Shown: positions 46,933 through 56,542 of the stretch, piece by piece
Position numbering within the stretch: position 1 is the stretch's first letter
How the letters are laid out: every line of letters begins with the position of its first letter
Assembly: GCA_947585595.1 (NCBI GenBank)
Contig: CANPXB010000005.1
Coordinates: 7,483 to 71,482, forward strand
Reading direction: 5' to 3'
DNA length: 64,000 nt
Origin: an uncultured Bacilli bacterium
Lineage (GTDB): Bacteria > Bacillota_I > Bacilli_A > RF39 > UBA660
Program-made: the position numbers and the translations under genes
Notes under the pieces: model-generated
Seen by the model: only the letters and a program-made list of their open reading frames with translations
Databases searched by the model: none
Told to the model about the DNA's origin: nothing

Positions 46933-49629
46933 ATGAATACTATGCAATTAAATGTAACAACTGAAAAATTAACTAAAAGCTATACTTATGAAAAGAAAAA
47001 AATATATGAGATATTAAAAAAATTAACACCTGAAGAAATAGAAGCTATTTTTTATAATGATAATGTTTTTAATAATATATTAAAGATTAATGATTATGAT
47101 TTCTTATTTATGATATTTAGGATGGTTCCTGCTAGTGTTCAAGAAAAAATATGGTCTTATCCTAAATTACAAAAATTATTACTTGGTTTAGGTTCATATA
47201 GTGATGATGTTTTATTAGAAAAGGCAATGGCAAATAAATTTTTCTATGATAAGCATTTAGAAAAGAAAGATAAAAGGGGAGAATTTTATTTTTCTAAAGA
47301 AAAAGTGAGAAATGTTGAATTATTTTTACGTTCAATTAAAAGTGAGAAAATATTAAACGATTTAGTAAATAATAAATATTATCAACTTATTATTTTTTGT
47401 TCAAAAAAATTACCTAAAGCAGTTTTACAAAGAATTAATATTGAAGAGTTATTTAATAGAACAATTGATAGTGATTTATATCCTGTTGTTAGTGATAAAA
47501 CTAAAAGAAGTTGGTGCTTTTTTTTAAATAATAATTGTGAAAAATTATTGATTCCACCAGATGTAAGTAAATTATTTACGGAGACTAAAAAAGGTTATTC
47601 ATATTCAGATATGTCTATAGGTCGAATTTTAAGTAGTAAACTTTGGTCATTAGGAGCCGAAGGAAGAAAATTAGTGATTACTAAAGAACAAATAGCTTCT
47701 TTAAATACTATTGAAGTTTCTATTTTACTTGATTGTAAAAATGGAGTTGTTAATCAAGAACAATTAGATGAGCATTTAAATGAAATATTAGCTCAAGTAA
47801 TAAGAGACGGAAGTATTGTTTCACCTCAATATATACCTTTAGAAAATTTAGGTATGACATATCCTTTTAGAGTATTTAAAATTGCTTGTTATAAATTAAT
47901 TGGTTCACCATTTGAAAATAAATTACTAGATTATATATATAAGGCTTTGTTTCATAATGAATATAGTGAAGATATCAAAACTAAGATATATGCTTCATTA
48001 AGATCAACATTAATACATATTGATCAAAAACAAGTTCAAGCTTTGTTTATGGAACCAGATGATATTAAGACAATCTTTTTCTTAAGATTTAATATTATAT
48101 CTAGAAGAATGGATTATTTACATGGAATAAGTTTAGAGCAATTAATGAATATTAATGTTAAACATGTTAATAGAATAGCTAGATTATTAGATGATAATAC
48201 ACAAGATGAATTATCTGATAAATATTCTAAAGCGATAAAGATGTATTTTGCTTTTGGCCTTGAAAAATCACTTAAGTTATTAAACGGTGAATATGGTCCA
48301 ATTACTAAAGTATTTACGGATAATGTTAGTAAGCTAGATGTGTCTAAAACAGAGATGAGAGAAGAAGGTAGTAAATCATTACCAGTTCCTAATGAAGAAT
48401 TCAATCATTTCTTATTTAGTGATAGTAATAATATTGTAAGATTATTTAAAGAAGGATCAGCTATTCAATCATCTTGGTCTTATTTATATAATAATATTGA
48501 TAAAATACTAGATGTATGTAAAGGACATATTACGGCTTTGCAAGCTGAAACTATTTTATCTGAACAAGTAAATAATGTTAAATATGATTTAACACCTGAT
48601 AATTATCGTTTAAGAAGTATTTTATATGAAGTTGGTTTAGGTAATAAAACAAAAAATACGAATGAAAAAATTTATGATGAGTTAGTTAAGACTTATGAAA
48701 AGCAGAAAAAAAGAGTAAGTTCATCGATACCTTATGTGTCAGGTAAATTAGAAAATGGTTATAGATATGAAACAATGAAATTAGATTCATTAGTTGGTTA
48801 TACTTTAGGGTATAAAGCTGGTTGTTGTATAAGGTTATTAGATATAGCACATAATCATTTATTACATGCCTTATTATGTGAGAATGGTCGTATTTTAATT
48901 GTTTATAATCCAGATGGCTCTATAGCATCATTTTCGCCTTTAAAAAGAAATGGTGAAGTATTAATTGCTAATAGTATCGAAGCTGTTGATAAAAACATGC
49001 CAAGAGAAATTACAGAAGCATTTAGCGCCGGTATTAAAGATATTATGCAAAAGTCGAAAGATAATGAAGACAAAGATTATCTTAAAGTAGCTTGTATAGG
49101 AGCTAATGCTTATATGAAACCAAATGGTGTTCCTTGGCCAAGTAGTATTCCAACACCAACTATTTTAGAAAAAGATGATCCAGTTTATCGTAATACTGAT
49201 GAGTATCATCGAAGTTTATTAATTATTCAAAAAGATGAAAAAGCTGATTTAAGAAAATTAAAAAGTGGTCCTACAGAAATAAAGTATTATGATCCACGTG
49301 AAAAATATGTTGGTTGTTCATTTAAAGATGAAGATGCTTTAGATCAATTAGAAGCAATTAGAGCAATAAATGCTATTAGATACGAAAAATATAAAGAAAG
49401 TAAACAAGAAATACCTTTTTATGAGGTTAGAGCTTACTATTTAAAATACGTTTTCTATGCTAAAGATTGGTATGTCTTAATTGATATTCAAAATAGAGTC
49501 CAATATGAGGCTTTAGATAATGATCCAAGAGCTGTAAATGAAATGACAGCGGCTTTAACAACTATCCAAGAACATATGAATAAAAATGATGTTGATAACT
49601 TGTTACTTAAAAAGAAGAACGATAAATAA
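46933..49629 (+). CDS. Large hypothetical protein (898 aa), no family recognised
   Basis: ATG 46933 after AGGTGA. Long uninterrupted ORF with its own terminators on both sides. Mostly helical by composition. Cys-containing block GYKAGCCIRLLDIAHNHLLHALLCENGRILIVYNPDG near residue 650. Confidence 0.6.
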   Translation: MNTMQLNVTTEKLTKSYTYEKKKIYEILKKLTPEEIEAIFYNDNVFNNILKINDYDFLFMIFRMVPASVQEKIWSYPKLQKLLLGLGSYSDDVLLEKAMANKFFYDKHLEKKDKRGEFYFSKEKVRNVELFLRSIKSEKILNDLVNNKYYQLIIFCSKKLPKAVLQRINIEELFNRTIDSDLYPVVSDKTKRSWCFFLNNNCEKLLIPPDVSKLFTETKKGYSYSDMSIGRILSSKLWSLGAEGRKLVITKEQIASLNTIEVSILLDCKNGVVNQEQLDEHLNEILAQVIRDGSIVSPQYIPLENLGMTYPFRVFKIACYKLIGSPFENKLLDYIYKALFHNEYSEDIKTKIYASLRSTLIHIDQKQVQALFMEPDDIKTIFFLRFNIISRRMDYLHGISLEQLMNINVKHVNRIARLLDDNTQDELSDKYSKAIKMYFAFGLEKSLKLLNGEYGPITKVFTDNVSKLDVSKTEMREEGSKSLPVPNEEFNHFLFSDSNNIVRLFKEGSAIQSSWSYLYNNIDKILDVCKGHITALQAETILSEQVNNVKYDLTPDNYRLRSILYEVGLGNKTKNTNEKIYDELVKTYEKQKKRVSSSIPYVSGKLENGYRYETMKLDSLVGYTLGYKAGCCIRLLDIAHNHLLHALLCENGRILIVYNPDGSIASFSPLKRNGEVLIANSIEAVDKNMPREITEAFSAGIKDIMQKSKDNEDKDYLKVACIGANAYMKPNGVPWPSSIPTPTILEKDDPVYRNTDEYHRSLLIIQKDEKADLRKLKSGPTEIKYYDPREKYVGCSFKDEDALDQLEAIRAINAIRYEKYKESKQEIPFYEVRAYYLKYVFYAKDWYVLIDIQNRVQYEALDNDPRAVNEMTAALTTIQEHMNKNDVDNLLLKKKNDK

Positions 49630-49645
49630 TCGTTTTTCTTTTGTC

Positions 49646-49674
49646 TTGAAAAACTAGATATTTTTTTTTATAAT
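49646..49674 (+). promoter_or_regulatory. Candidate sigma-A promoter of rny
   Basis: TTGAAA (49646-49651), 17-nt spacer, TATAAT (49669-49674). Confidence 0.5.
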
Positions 49675-49736
49675 AGTTATATAGATGATTAGATTTAGGT
49701 ATAATTTTTCTATAAAATAGATATGGAGGTCTTAAA

Positions 49737-51290
49737 ATGGACAATGTTGTCGTTGTCATTTTAGCACTTCTTGTGGGGATTTTTTTAGGTGTTATTATAT
49801 TTCTAGTTGTTAATTATTTAAGAGGTAAATCTATCGAAAATAAGACAGCTAAAATGATTGAACAAGCAAAAAAAGAAGCTGAAAAGCAAAAGAGAGATTC
49901 TTTAGCAGAATTAAAAGAAGAATCTTATCGTTTAAAACAAGAAACAGACAAAGAAATCAAAGAAAAGAAAGCAGAATTAAAAGAATCTGAAGAGAGATTA
50001 TTACAACGTGAAAAGAATCTTGAAAAAAGAGAAGAAGTTCTGCAGAATAGAGATGCTTTGTTAGATCAAAAAGATAATAATTTACTTAGTAAACAAAAAG
50101 ATTTACAAGAAAAAGAAGCTAAAATTGATGAATTATTAAAAGAGGAAATGGAACAATTAGAAACAATTGCGAAATTTTCAAAAGAAAAAGCTCATGATTT
50201 AATCATGAAAAGAGTAGAAGAAAATATGTCACTTGAAATAGCTGATTATATTAAAGAACAAGAAGCTGAAGCTAAATTAAAAGCTAACGAGATGGCAAAA
50301 AACCTAATTGTTACAAGTATGCAAAAGTATGCAAATGATGTAACTAATGAACAAACTGTTAGTACCATTACACTACCTAATGATGAAATGAAAGGTCGTT
50401 TAATTGGACGTGAAGGAAGAAATATTAGAACAATTGAATCAGTAACAGGTGTAGATTTAATTATTGATGATACTCCTGAAGCAATTGTTATTTCAAGTTT
50501 CGATCCTTTAAGAAGAGAAATTGCAAAAATTACAATTGAAACTTTAATTAAAGATGGACGTATTCATCCAGCAAGAATTGAAGAAGTTTATGATAAAGTT
50601 TCAAAAGATATGTCAGAAAAGATTACCGAAATTGGTAATGATACATGTTATGAATTAGGTTTAACTAAAGTTGATCCTAAATTAGTTAACTTAATTGGTA
50701 AATTAAATTTCCGTACTAGTTATGGTCAAAATGCTTTACAACATTCAAAAGAAGTTGGTCATTTATGTGGTCTTATGGCAGCTGAACTAGGGGAGAATGT
50801 TACTTTAGCTAAAAGAGCTGGTTTACTTCATGATATTGGTAAAGCAATAGATTTTGAAGTAGAAGGTAGTCATGTTGAACTTGGTGAAGAAGTAGCTAAG
50901 AAGTATCATGAGGATCCAGTAGTTATTAATGCAATTAAATCACATCATGGTGATGTTGAACCAACAAGTATTATTTCTACTTTAGTTCAAATTGCTGATA
51001 CTTTATCTGCTGCTAGACCTGGAGCAAGAAATGATTCACTAGAAAACTATATCAAACGTCTAGAACAATTAGAAGAGATTGGTAATAGTTTTGAAGGTGT
51101 TGAAAAGACATTTGCAATGCAAGCTGGTCGTGAAGTTAGAGTAATGGTTAAACCAGAAGAAATTGATGATACACAAAGTTATAAGATTGCTCGTGAAATG
51201 AAAGAGAAAATCGAAAAAGAAATGCAATATCCTGGTACTATTAAGATAACAGTTATAAGAGAAACTAGAGCAATGGAAGAAGCTAAATAG
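49737..51290 (+). CDS. rny: Ribonuclease Y
   Basis: N-terminal TM, coiled coil, KH domain (GRLIGREGRNIRTIE) and HD domain (LLHDIGKA...HH). Confidence 0.95.
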   Translation: MDNVVVVILALLVGIFLGVIIFLVVNYLRGKSIENKTAKMIEQAKKEAEKQKRDSLAELKEESYRLKQETDKEIKEKKAELKESEERLLQREKNLEKREEVLQNRDALLDQKDNNLLSKQKDLQEKEAKIDELLKEEMEQLETIAKFSKEKAHDLIMKRVEENMSLEIADYIKEQEAEAKLKANEMAKNLIVTSMQKYANDVTNEQTVSTITLPNDEMKGRLIGREGRNIRTIESVTGVDLIIDDTPEAIVISSFDPLRREIAKITIETLIKDGRIHPARIEEVYDKVSKDMSEKITEIGNDTCYELGLTKVDPKLVNLIGKLNFRTSYGQNALQHSKEVGHLCGLMAAELGENVTLAKRAGLLHDIGKAIDFEVEGSHVELGEEVAKKYHEDPVVINAIKSHHGDVEPTSIISTLVQIADTLSAARPGARNDSLENYIKRLEQLEEIGNSFEGVEKTFAMQAGREVRVMVKPEEIDDTQSYKIAREMKEKIEKEMQYPGTIKITVIRETRAMEEAK

Positions 51291-51304
51291 TTTCTTCTTT
51301 TTTA

Positions 51305-51334
51305 TTGACAGATAGAGTTCGGGGGGGGTATACT
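51305..51334 (+). promoter_or_regulatory. Candidate promoter with a G8 homopolymer in the spacer
   Basis: TTGACA (51305-51310), 18-nt spacer whose last 8 nt are GGGGGGGG (51321-51328), TATACT (51329-51334). It lies 27 nt upstream of ATG 51361. Confidence 0.5.
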
Positions 51335-51360
51335 TTTAGTGATATTAAGGAGTTGTTAAT

Positions 51361-52218
51361 ATGGCCTTAGAAGCATTAACTTGTCCAAAATGTAAAGGAG
51401 AAGTTGATCTAGATAAAGATCAAGAATATGGTTATTGTAAATATTGTGGAACCAAGGTACAAAATACTAATTTTCAAAAAGTAGTTGTTACTATAAAAAA
51501 TGATGAAAATGAGGATGAAATAGTACAAAAAAATTTAATTAAAGCAAGAAGAGCTTTTAAAGCAGAAGATTGGGAAAGAACGCAAAAGCATTATGAACAA
51601 GTTCTTGATTTTAATCCAGAAAATCTTGAAGCTAGATTCTATATACCATTCTCTAAAGTATTTGATTCTCTATCAGATAACAATATTAATAGAAGAAATT
51701 TAGTATTTTCTAATTTAATTAAATTTTTTTCAAAATTAGATAGTTATTTTAAAAATTTTAATAATGATAATTACAAGTTTTTATTTCAAATTGGGCAAGA
51801 GTTGATAAATATTAGAAGTTTAAATTTTTCATACTCTTCAAGTTTGGATTACTCTCAAACAATTTTTTTGTTTAATAGTTTAGAATCGGAATATATTTCT
51901 GCAATAGAGAAAATTATTTATAATTATATTAATTTAAATGTTTTTTCTGGAATAGCTGTAAGTTTATATTTATTGGCAATATCTCATTGTCAAGTTGTAA
52001 TTAGTAATAGTGGACAACTTAATTATAAATTATGGAATAAAAAAATTTTAGATTATTCTAATTCTATTTTAAAATTAGATCCAACTAACGAGTTTGCGCT
52101 TCAAAATGTAAATATATATGATAATAGTCCTTTAAAAAATCCATGGTTTATTATCAGTATGAGTGCTATAGCATTAATTACTATAATTTGTATTTTAGTG
52201 TATTTATTTTCACTTTAA
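51361..52218 (+). CDS. Zinc-ribbon / TPR-like protein with a C-terminal TM anchor
   Basis: CPKCKGE...CKYCG zinc ribbon. TPR-like segment AEDWERTQKHYEQVLDFNPENLEARFY. C-terminal helix WFIISMSAIALITIICILVYLF. Confidence 0.55.
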   Translation: MALEALTCPKCKGEVDLDKDQEYGYCKYCGTKVQNTNFQKVVVTIKNDENEDEIVQKNLIKARRAFKAEDWERTQKHYEQVLDFNPENLEARFYIPFSKVFDSLSDNNINRRNLVFSNLIKFFSKLDSYFKNFNNDNYKFLFQIGQELINIRSLNFSYSSSLDYSQTIFLFNSLESEYISAIEKIIYNYINLNVFSGIAVSLYLLAISHCQVVISNSGQLNYKLWNKKILDYSNSILKLDPTNEFALQNVNIYDNSPLKNPWFIISMSAIALITIICILVYLFSL

Positions 52219-52219
52219 G

Positions 52220-52256
52220 AAAAAAAATATTGATATTTTACTATCAATATTTTTTA
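52220..52256. terminator. Bidirectional terminator
   Basis: aatattgata-ttttac-tatcaatatt flanked by A8 and T5 runs. It lies between two convergent genes. Confidence 0.75.
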
Positions 52257-53936
52257 ATTACTAGATGTTTCTCTAACTTCCATAATAACTGGTAAGACGA
52301 TTGGTCTTCGACCAGTTAAGTTACTAATATATGGATGTAATTCTAAGATAATTTGATTTTTTAAATCTGTATAACTATATGGATTTTCACTTAAGAATTT
52401 ATTTATTACTTCTGTAGTTTTCTTTTCAATTTGACTGATTAATTCAGCATTTTCATTAACAAGAATAAATCCTCTAGTTGTTATATTTGGTTTAATTAAT
52501 AGTTTTTTAGTTAATGGATTGATATTAATAATAGTTATTAAGATGCCATCACGACTCATTAATTTACGGTCTTTAATTACTACAGATCCAACTTCTCCGA
52601 TACGTGAACCATCAACATATACATCACCTGCTGTAACACTTGGTCCACGGTGAACACCTTCATTATCTAAGATTAATGAATCACCATTTTGCATAATGAA
52701 AATATTTTCTGGTTTAACATCACAAGAGATAGCTAGTTCAGCGTGACTCTTTAACATACGATATTCACCATGCATTGGCATAAAGTATTCTGGTTTGATA
52801 AGTCTTAACATTAATTTAAGTTCGTCTTGTTTAGCATGTCCTGAAGTATGGATATCACTAAATTCAGAATTAGTTATTACTTTAACGCCTTTTAAATATA
52901 ATTTATTGATTATGCGATTAATACCAGCAGCGTTACCAGGAATAGGGTTTGATGAGAAAACAACTAAGTCATCAGGAAGTAATGATATTTGTTTATGAGT
53001 ACCATTAGCAATACGAGATAAAGCCGCTAGTGGTTCACCTTGAGAACCAGTACATAAAATGCATATTTCATTTTTCTTTAAACTCTTAGCTTGATTAGAA
53101 TCAATAAATATTGATTTATCAGTTAATAAGCCATTGTTTAAAGCTAGATTAGTAGCAGTTTCCATACTACGACCAAAAACAATTATCTTACGATTATTTT
53201 TACGACAAGTTTCAACAATATGTTTAACACGATAAATGTTAGAGGCAAATGTAGCGATTATAATACGACCATTATAACCATTAACGATATCAGATAAAGC
53301 TTCATCAACAGAGTTTTCACTTTTAGAGAAGCCTTCTGATAAGGCGTTAGTACTATCACTCAATAATAAACGGACACCTTGATTACCAACTTCGGCCATT
53401 TTATGTAAGTCAGCCATCGGACCAATAGGTGTTAAATCGAATTTAAAATCTCCAGTTGAAACGATTGTACCATTTGGAGTGTGAAGAACTATACCATAAC
53501 TATCTGGTATTGAGTGAGTTGTTGCAATAAATTCGATTTCAAAATACTTAGTTTTAATTTTGGTATCAGAATTAATTGTTTCTAAGTTATCATAACCAAT
53601 GTTGCGATCTTCTAATTTATTTTTAATTAAACTAATTGAGGTATTCGCCCCATAAATAACAGGTATATTAACACTTTGTAGTAAGAAAGGTATTCCACCA
53701 ATATGATCTTCATGACCATGAGTGATTAATAAACCTTTAATTTTGTCTTCATTTTGTTTTAAATAGGTAACATCTTGGATAACATAATCAATACCAAGTA
53801 AATCACTTTCAGGGAAAATGACACCAGCATCGATTATGAATATTTCATCTTTATGAGTAACAACATACATGTTCTTACCGACTTCTCCTAAGCCACCTAA
53901 AGCAATGACGGATGTAAATCCATCTTTATTATTCAT
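52254..53936 (-). CDS. rnj: Ribonuclease J
   Basis: Metallo-beta-lactamase motif LITHGHEDHIGG, beta-CASP region and a C-terminal domain. 560 aa. Confidence 0.93.
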   Translation of the reverse strand: MNNKDGFTSVIALGGLGEVGKNMYVVTHKDEIFIIDAGVIFPESDLLGIDYVIQDVTYLKQNEDKIKGLLITHGHEDHIGGIPFLLQSVNIPVIYGANTSISLIKNKLEDRNIGYDNLETINSDTKIKTKYFEIEFIATTHSIPDSYGIVLHTPNGTIVSTGDFKFDLTPIGPMADLHKMAEVGNQGVRLLLSDSTNALSEGFSKSENSVDEALSDIVNGYNGRIIIATFASNIYRVKHIVETCRKNNRKIIVFGRSMETATNLALNNGLLTDKSIFIDSNQAKSLKKNEICILCTGSQGEPLAALSRIANGTHKQISLLPDDLVVFSSNPIPGNAAGINRIINKLYLKGVKVITNSEFSDIHTSGHAKQDELKLMLRLIKPEYFMPMHGEYRMLKSHAELAISCDVKPENIFIMQNGDSLILDNEGVHRGPSVTAGDVYVDGSRIGEVGSVVIKDRKLMSRDGILITIININPLTKKLLIKPNITTRGFILVNENAELISQIEKKTTEVINKFLSENPYSYTDLKNQIILELHPYISNLTGRRPIVLPVIMEVRETSSN

Positions 53937-54131
53937 AACGTAATCTTTCCTTTCAAATTAATAAATATTAATAAAAATAAAAGTATTAGTTCTTCGCTAT
54001 AAGTAATTATATATCAAAGTAAGATAAAAGTCTAGTTTTTAATATGGTTGTGTCAAGCAATTATCTTTATTAATTGGTCTTTTTTATGGAAAAAAAGAGT
54101 AAGATAAGGTATACTATTTGTGGTGATATAT

Positions 54132-55427
54132 ATGGGATTATTTGATAAATTAAAAAATATATTAAAGAAAAAAGAAAAAGTAGTTGAAGAAGTTAAGAAG
54201 GAATATAATGTTAATAATGATGAAGAATTAAATGAAATAAGTGTTTTTGATAGTGATGTAACGGAAGAAGAAACATTAGAAGATGATTATGTTCCTGATG
54301 AACCTGAGTTAGATGAAGAGATTATGGCAGATGAAGCTGAACCAACTGATGAAGAGGATGAAGAAGATGAAGAAGATGACGACATTGAAGAGGATGAAGA
54401 AGACGAAGAAGATGACGACATTGAAGAGGATGAAGAAGACGATGAAGAAGAGGATAAAGAATGGGCTGAATTTGTTAATGCTCATCAAAAGGTTGAAGAA
54501 GCACAAGATATCGTTACTTATGATAAGGGTTTAGAAAAGACAAGAAAAGAGTTTGTTTCTAAATTAAGTATGTTAGGTATTAAATATACGAAAATTAATG
54601 AAGAGTATTTTGAAGAATTGGAAGAATTACTTATTAATGCTGATGTAGGGGTTAATACAGTAATGAACTTTATGGATCGTTTAAGAGAACGTGTTAAAGA
54701 AGAAAAGATAACTGATGCTAATTATTTAAATGAAGTTATTGTTGATGAATTATTTATCATTTATGTTGATAATGATTCTTTATCAGATAAAATTAAGATG
54801 GCTAGTGAAGGACCTACTGTAATCTTAATGGTTGGCGTTAATGGAGTTGGTAAAACAACAACAATTGCTAAATTAGCTTATAAATATAAAAATGAAGGTA
54901 AAAGTGTGATGATGATTGCTGGTGATACCTTTAGAGCTGGAGCAGTTAAGCAATTGGAAGAATGGGCAGAAAAAACAGGATCACTATTCTATGGTAAAGA
55001 AAATACCGACCCAGCTGGAGTTGTATATGATGGACTTGTTAAAGCTAAGGAAGAAAAGGTTGATATCGTTTTAATTGATACAGCAGGAAGATTACAAAAT
55101 AAAGTTAATTTAATGAAAGAATTAGAAAAAGTTAATAAAGTAATAGGTAAACATATACCTAATGCTCCTCATGAAACACTACTCGTAATTGATGCAACAA
55201 CTGGTCAAAATGGAATTAGTCAAGCTAAAGCTTTTAAAGAAATAACTGATATTACAGGAATTGTTTTAACTAAATTGGATGGTACTGCTAAAGGTGGTAT
55301 TGTCTTAGCAATTAAAGATGAAGTAAAAATACCAGTTAAATTTATTGGTCTTGGGGAAAAGATGACTGATTTAAAAACATTTGATATTGAAAATTATATT
55401 TATGGTTTATTTAAGGATATGATGTAG
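54132..55427 (+). CDS. ftsY: Signal recognition particle receptor FtsY with an acidic repeat-containing A domain
   Basis: ATG 54132 (MGLFDKLKN). Acidic D/E region with 36-bp repeats. NG domain motifs GVNGVGKTTTIAKL, DTAGRL and TKLDGTAKGG. Confidence 0.93.
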   Translation: MGLFDKLKNILKKKEKVVEEVKKEYNVNNDEELNEISVFDSDVTEEETLEDDYVPDEPELDEEIMADEAEPTDEEDEEDEEDDDIEEDEEDEEDDDIEEDEEDDEEEDKEWAEFVNAHQKVEEAQDIVTYDKGLEKTRKEFVSKLSMLGIKYTKINEEYFEELEELLINADVGVNTVMNFMDRLRERVKEEKITDANYLNEVIVDELFIIYVDNDSLSDKIKMASEGPTVILMVGVNGVGKTTTIAKLAYKYKNEGKSVMMIAGDTFRAGAVKQLEEWAEKTGSLFYGKENTDPAGVVYDGLVKAKEEKVDIVLIDTAGRLQNKVNLMKELEKVNKVIGKHIPNAPHETLLVIDATTGQNGISQAKAFKEITDITGIVLTKLDGTAKGGIVLAIKDEVKIPVKFIGLGEKMTDLKTFDIENYIYGLFKDMM

Positions 55428-55727
55428 ATGGAAGAAGTTGTTTATTATAATAATTTATTTGATTTATATAGTGAATTGTTAACAGAAAAAGAACAAGAAG
55501 TATTTCATGATTATTATCAAGAAGATTTATCTTTAGGAGAAATAGCTGATAATAAAAGTATAAGTCGTAGTGCTGTGCAAAAGATGATTAAGAATGTTTT
55601 AGAAAAATTAAATTATTATGAAGAAAAGTTACATGTTTACAAAAAAAGCTGTCAATTAAGTGAGATTTTAAAAGAAGATAAAATAGAAGATATTAAAGCT
55701 AAGATAGAGGAAATTCTTAGTGAATAA
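55428..55727 (+). CDS. ylxM: YlxM/UPF0122 HTH protein (SRP-operon associated)
   Basis: LLTEKEQEVFHDYYQEDLSLGEIADNKSISRSAVQKMIKN. Lies between ftsY and ffh. Confidence 0.8.
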   Translation: MEEVVYYNNLFDLYSELLTEKEQEVFHDYYQEDLSLGEIADNKSISRSAVQKMIKNVLEKLNYYEEKLHVYKKSCQLSEILKEDKIEDIKAKIEEILSE

Positions 55728-55796
55728 TATCTTTTTTAGTGTATTGAATTGAGGAGTATTATCTAGTATTATTAATAATAAGGTAGGTAGAGTTAA

Positions 55797-56483
55797 ATGA
55801 AAGGAAAAATAATTGTTATTGAAGGAACAGATTGTTCTGGTAAAGAAACACAAGCAAGTTTGTTAGTACAGAGATTACGTAGGTCAGGAAGAAAGATAGA
55901 ACGTTTTAGTTTTCCAGCTTATGATACACCAACAGGAAGAATTGTTGGTGGTGATTATTTAGGGAAGAAACATCTTGGTGAAGGTTATTTTCCTGAAGGA
56001 GCAGCAAATGTAGATCCAAAAGTAGCTTGTTTATATTATGCAGCGGATCGAAGGTATAATATTGGTAAAATAAATGAATTATTAGATCAAGGCTTTGATG
56101 TTGTCTTAGATAGATATGTTGAAAGTAATATGGGTCATCAAGGAGGTAAAATCTTTGATAAAGAAGAAAGATTAAAATTATATGAAGACTTAGCTAATTT
56201 AGAGTATGGCTTTTTAGAATTACCTAGGCCAGATGTAACAATATTCTTATATGTTCCTTATCAAAAGGTTGCCGAATTAGAAAAAGGAAGACCTGAACCA
56301 GAAGATCAACACGAAGCTAGTTTATTACATATAAGAAATGCTGAACATGCATATTTAGAATTAGCTGAGATACATCATTATAAAAAAATTGATTGTGTTA
56401 CAAAAAAAGGTAAATTACGTGATATTGAAGATATTCATGAAGAAGTATATAAATTAGTTTGTGATGTTTTAGATATTAAGTAA
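55797..56483 (+). CDS. tmk: Thymidylate kinase family protein
   Basis: P-loop IVIEGTDCSGKETQ, DRY motif (VLDRYVESN) and a lid region. 228 aa. Confidence 0.72.
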   Translation: MKGKIIVIEGTDCSGKETQASLLVQRLRRSGRKIERFSFPAYDTPTGRIVGGDYLGKKHLGEGYFPEGAANVDPKVACLYYAADRRYNIGKINELLDQGFDVVLDRYVESNMGHQGGKIFDKEERLKLYEDLANLEYGFLELPRPDVTIFLYVPYQKVAELEKGRPEPEDQHEASLLHIRNAEHAYLELAEIHHYKKIDCVTKKGKLRDIEDIHEEVYKLVCDVLDIK

Positions 56484-56492
56484 ATAATTAAG

Positions 56493-56516
56493 AAGTAGTA
56501 AAAACTACTTTTTTTT
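56493..56516 (+). terminator. Intrinsic terminator
   Basis: aagtagt-aaaa-actactt followed by T6. Confidence 0.75.
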
Positions 56517-56542
56517 GTTATACTAAGTGATAGGTGATTAAT

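Noticed and set aside
54351-54455. A 36-bp tandem repeat (about 2.9 copies) encoding EEDEEDEEDDDI in ftsY.
   Set aside because: It is in-frame acidic low complexity within the known variable A domain of FtsY. It is not a CRISPR or a regulatory repeat.
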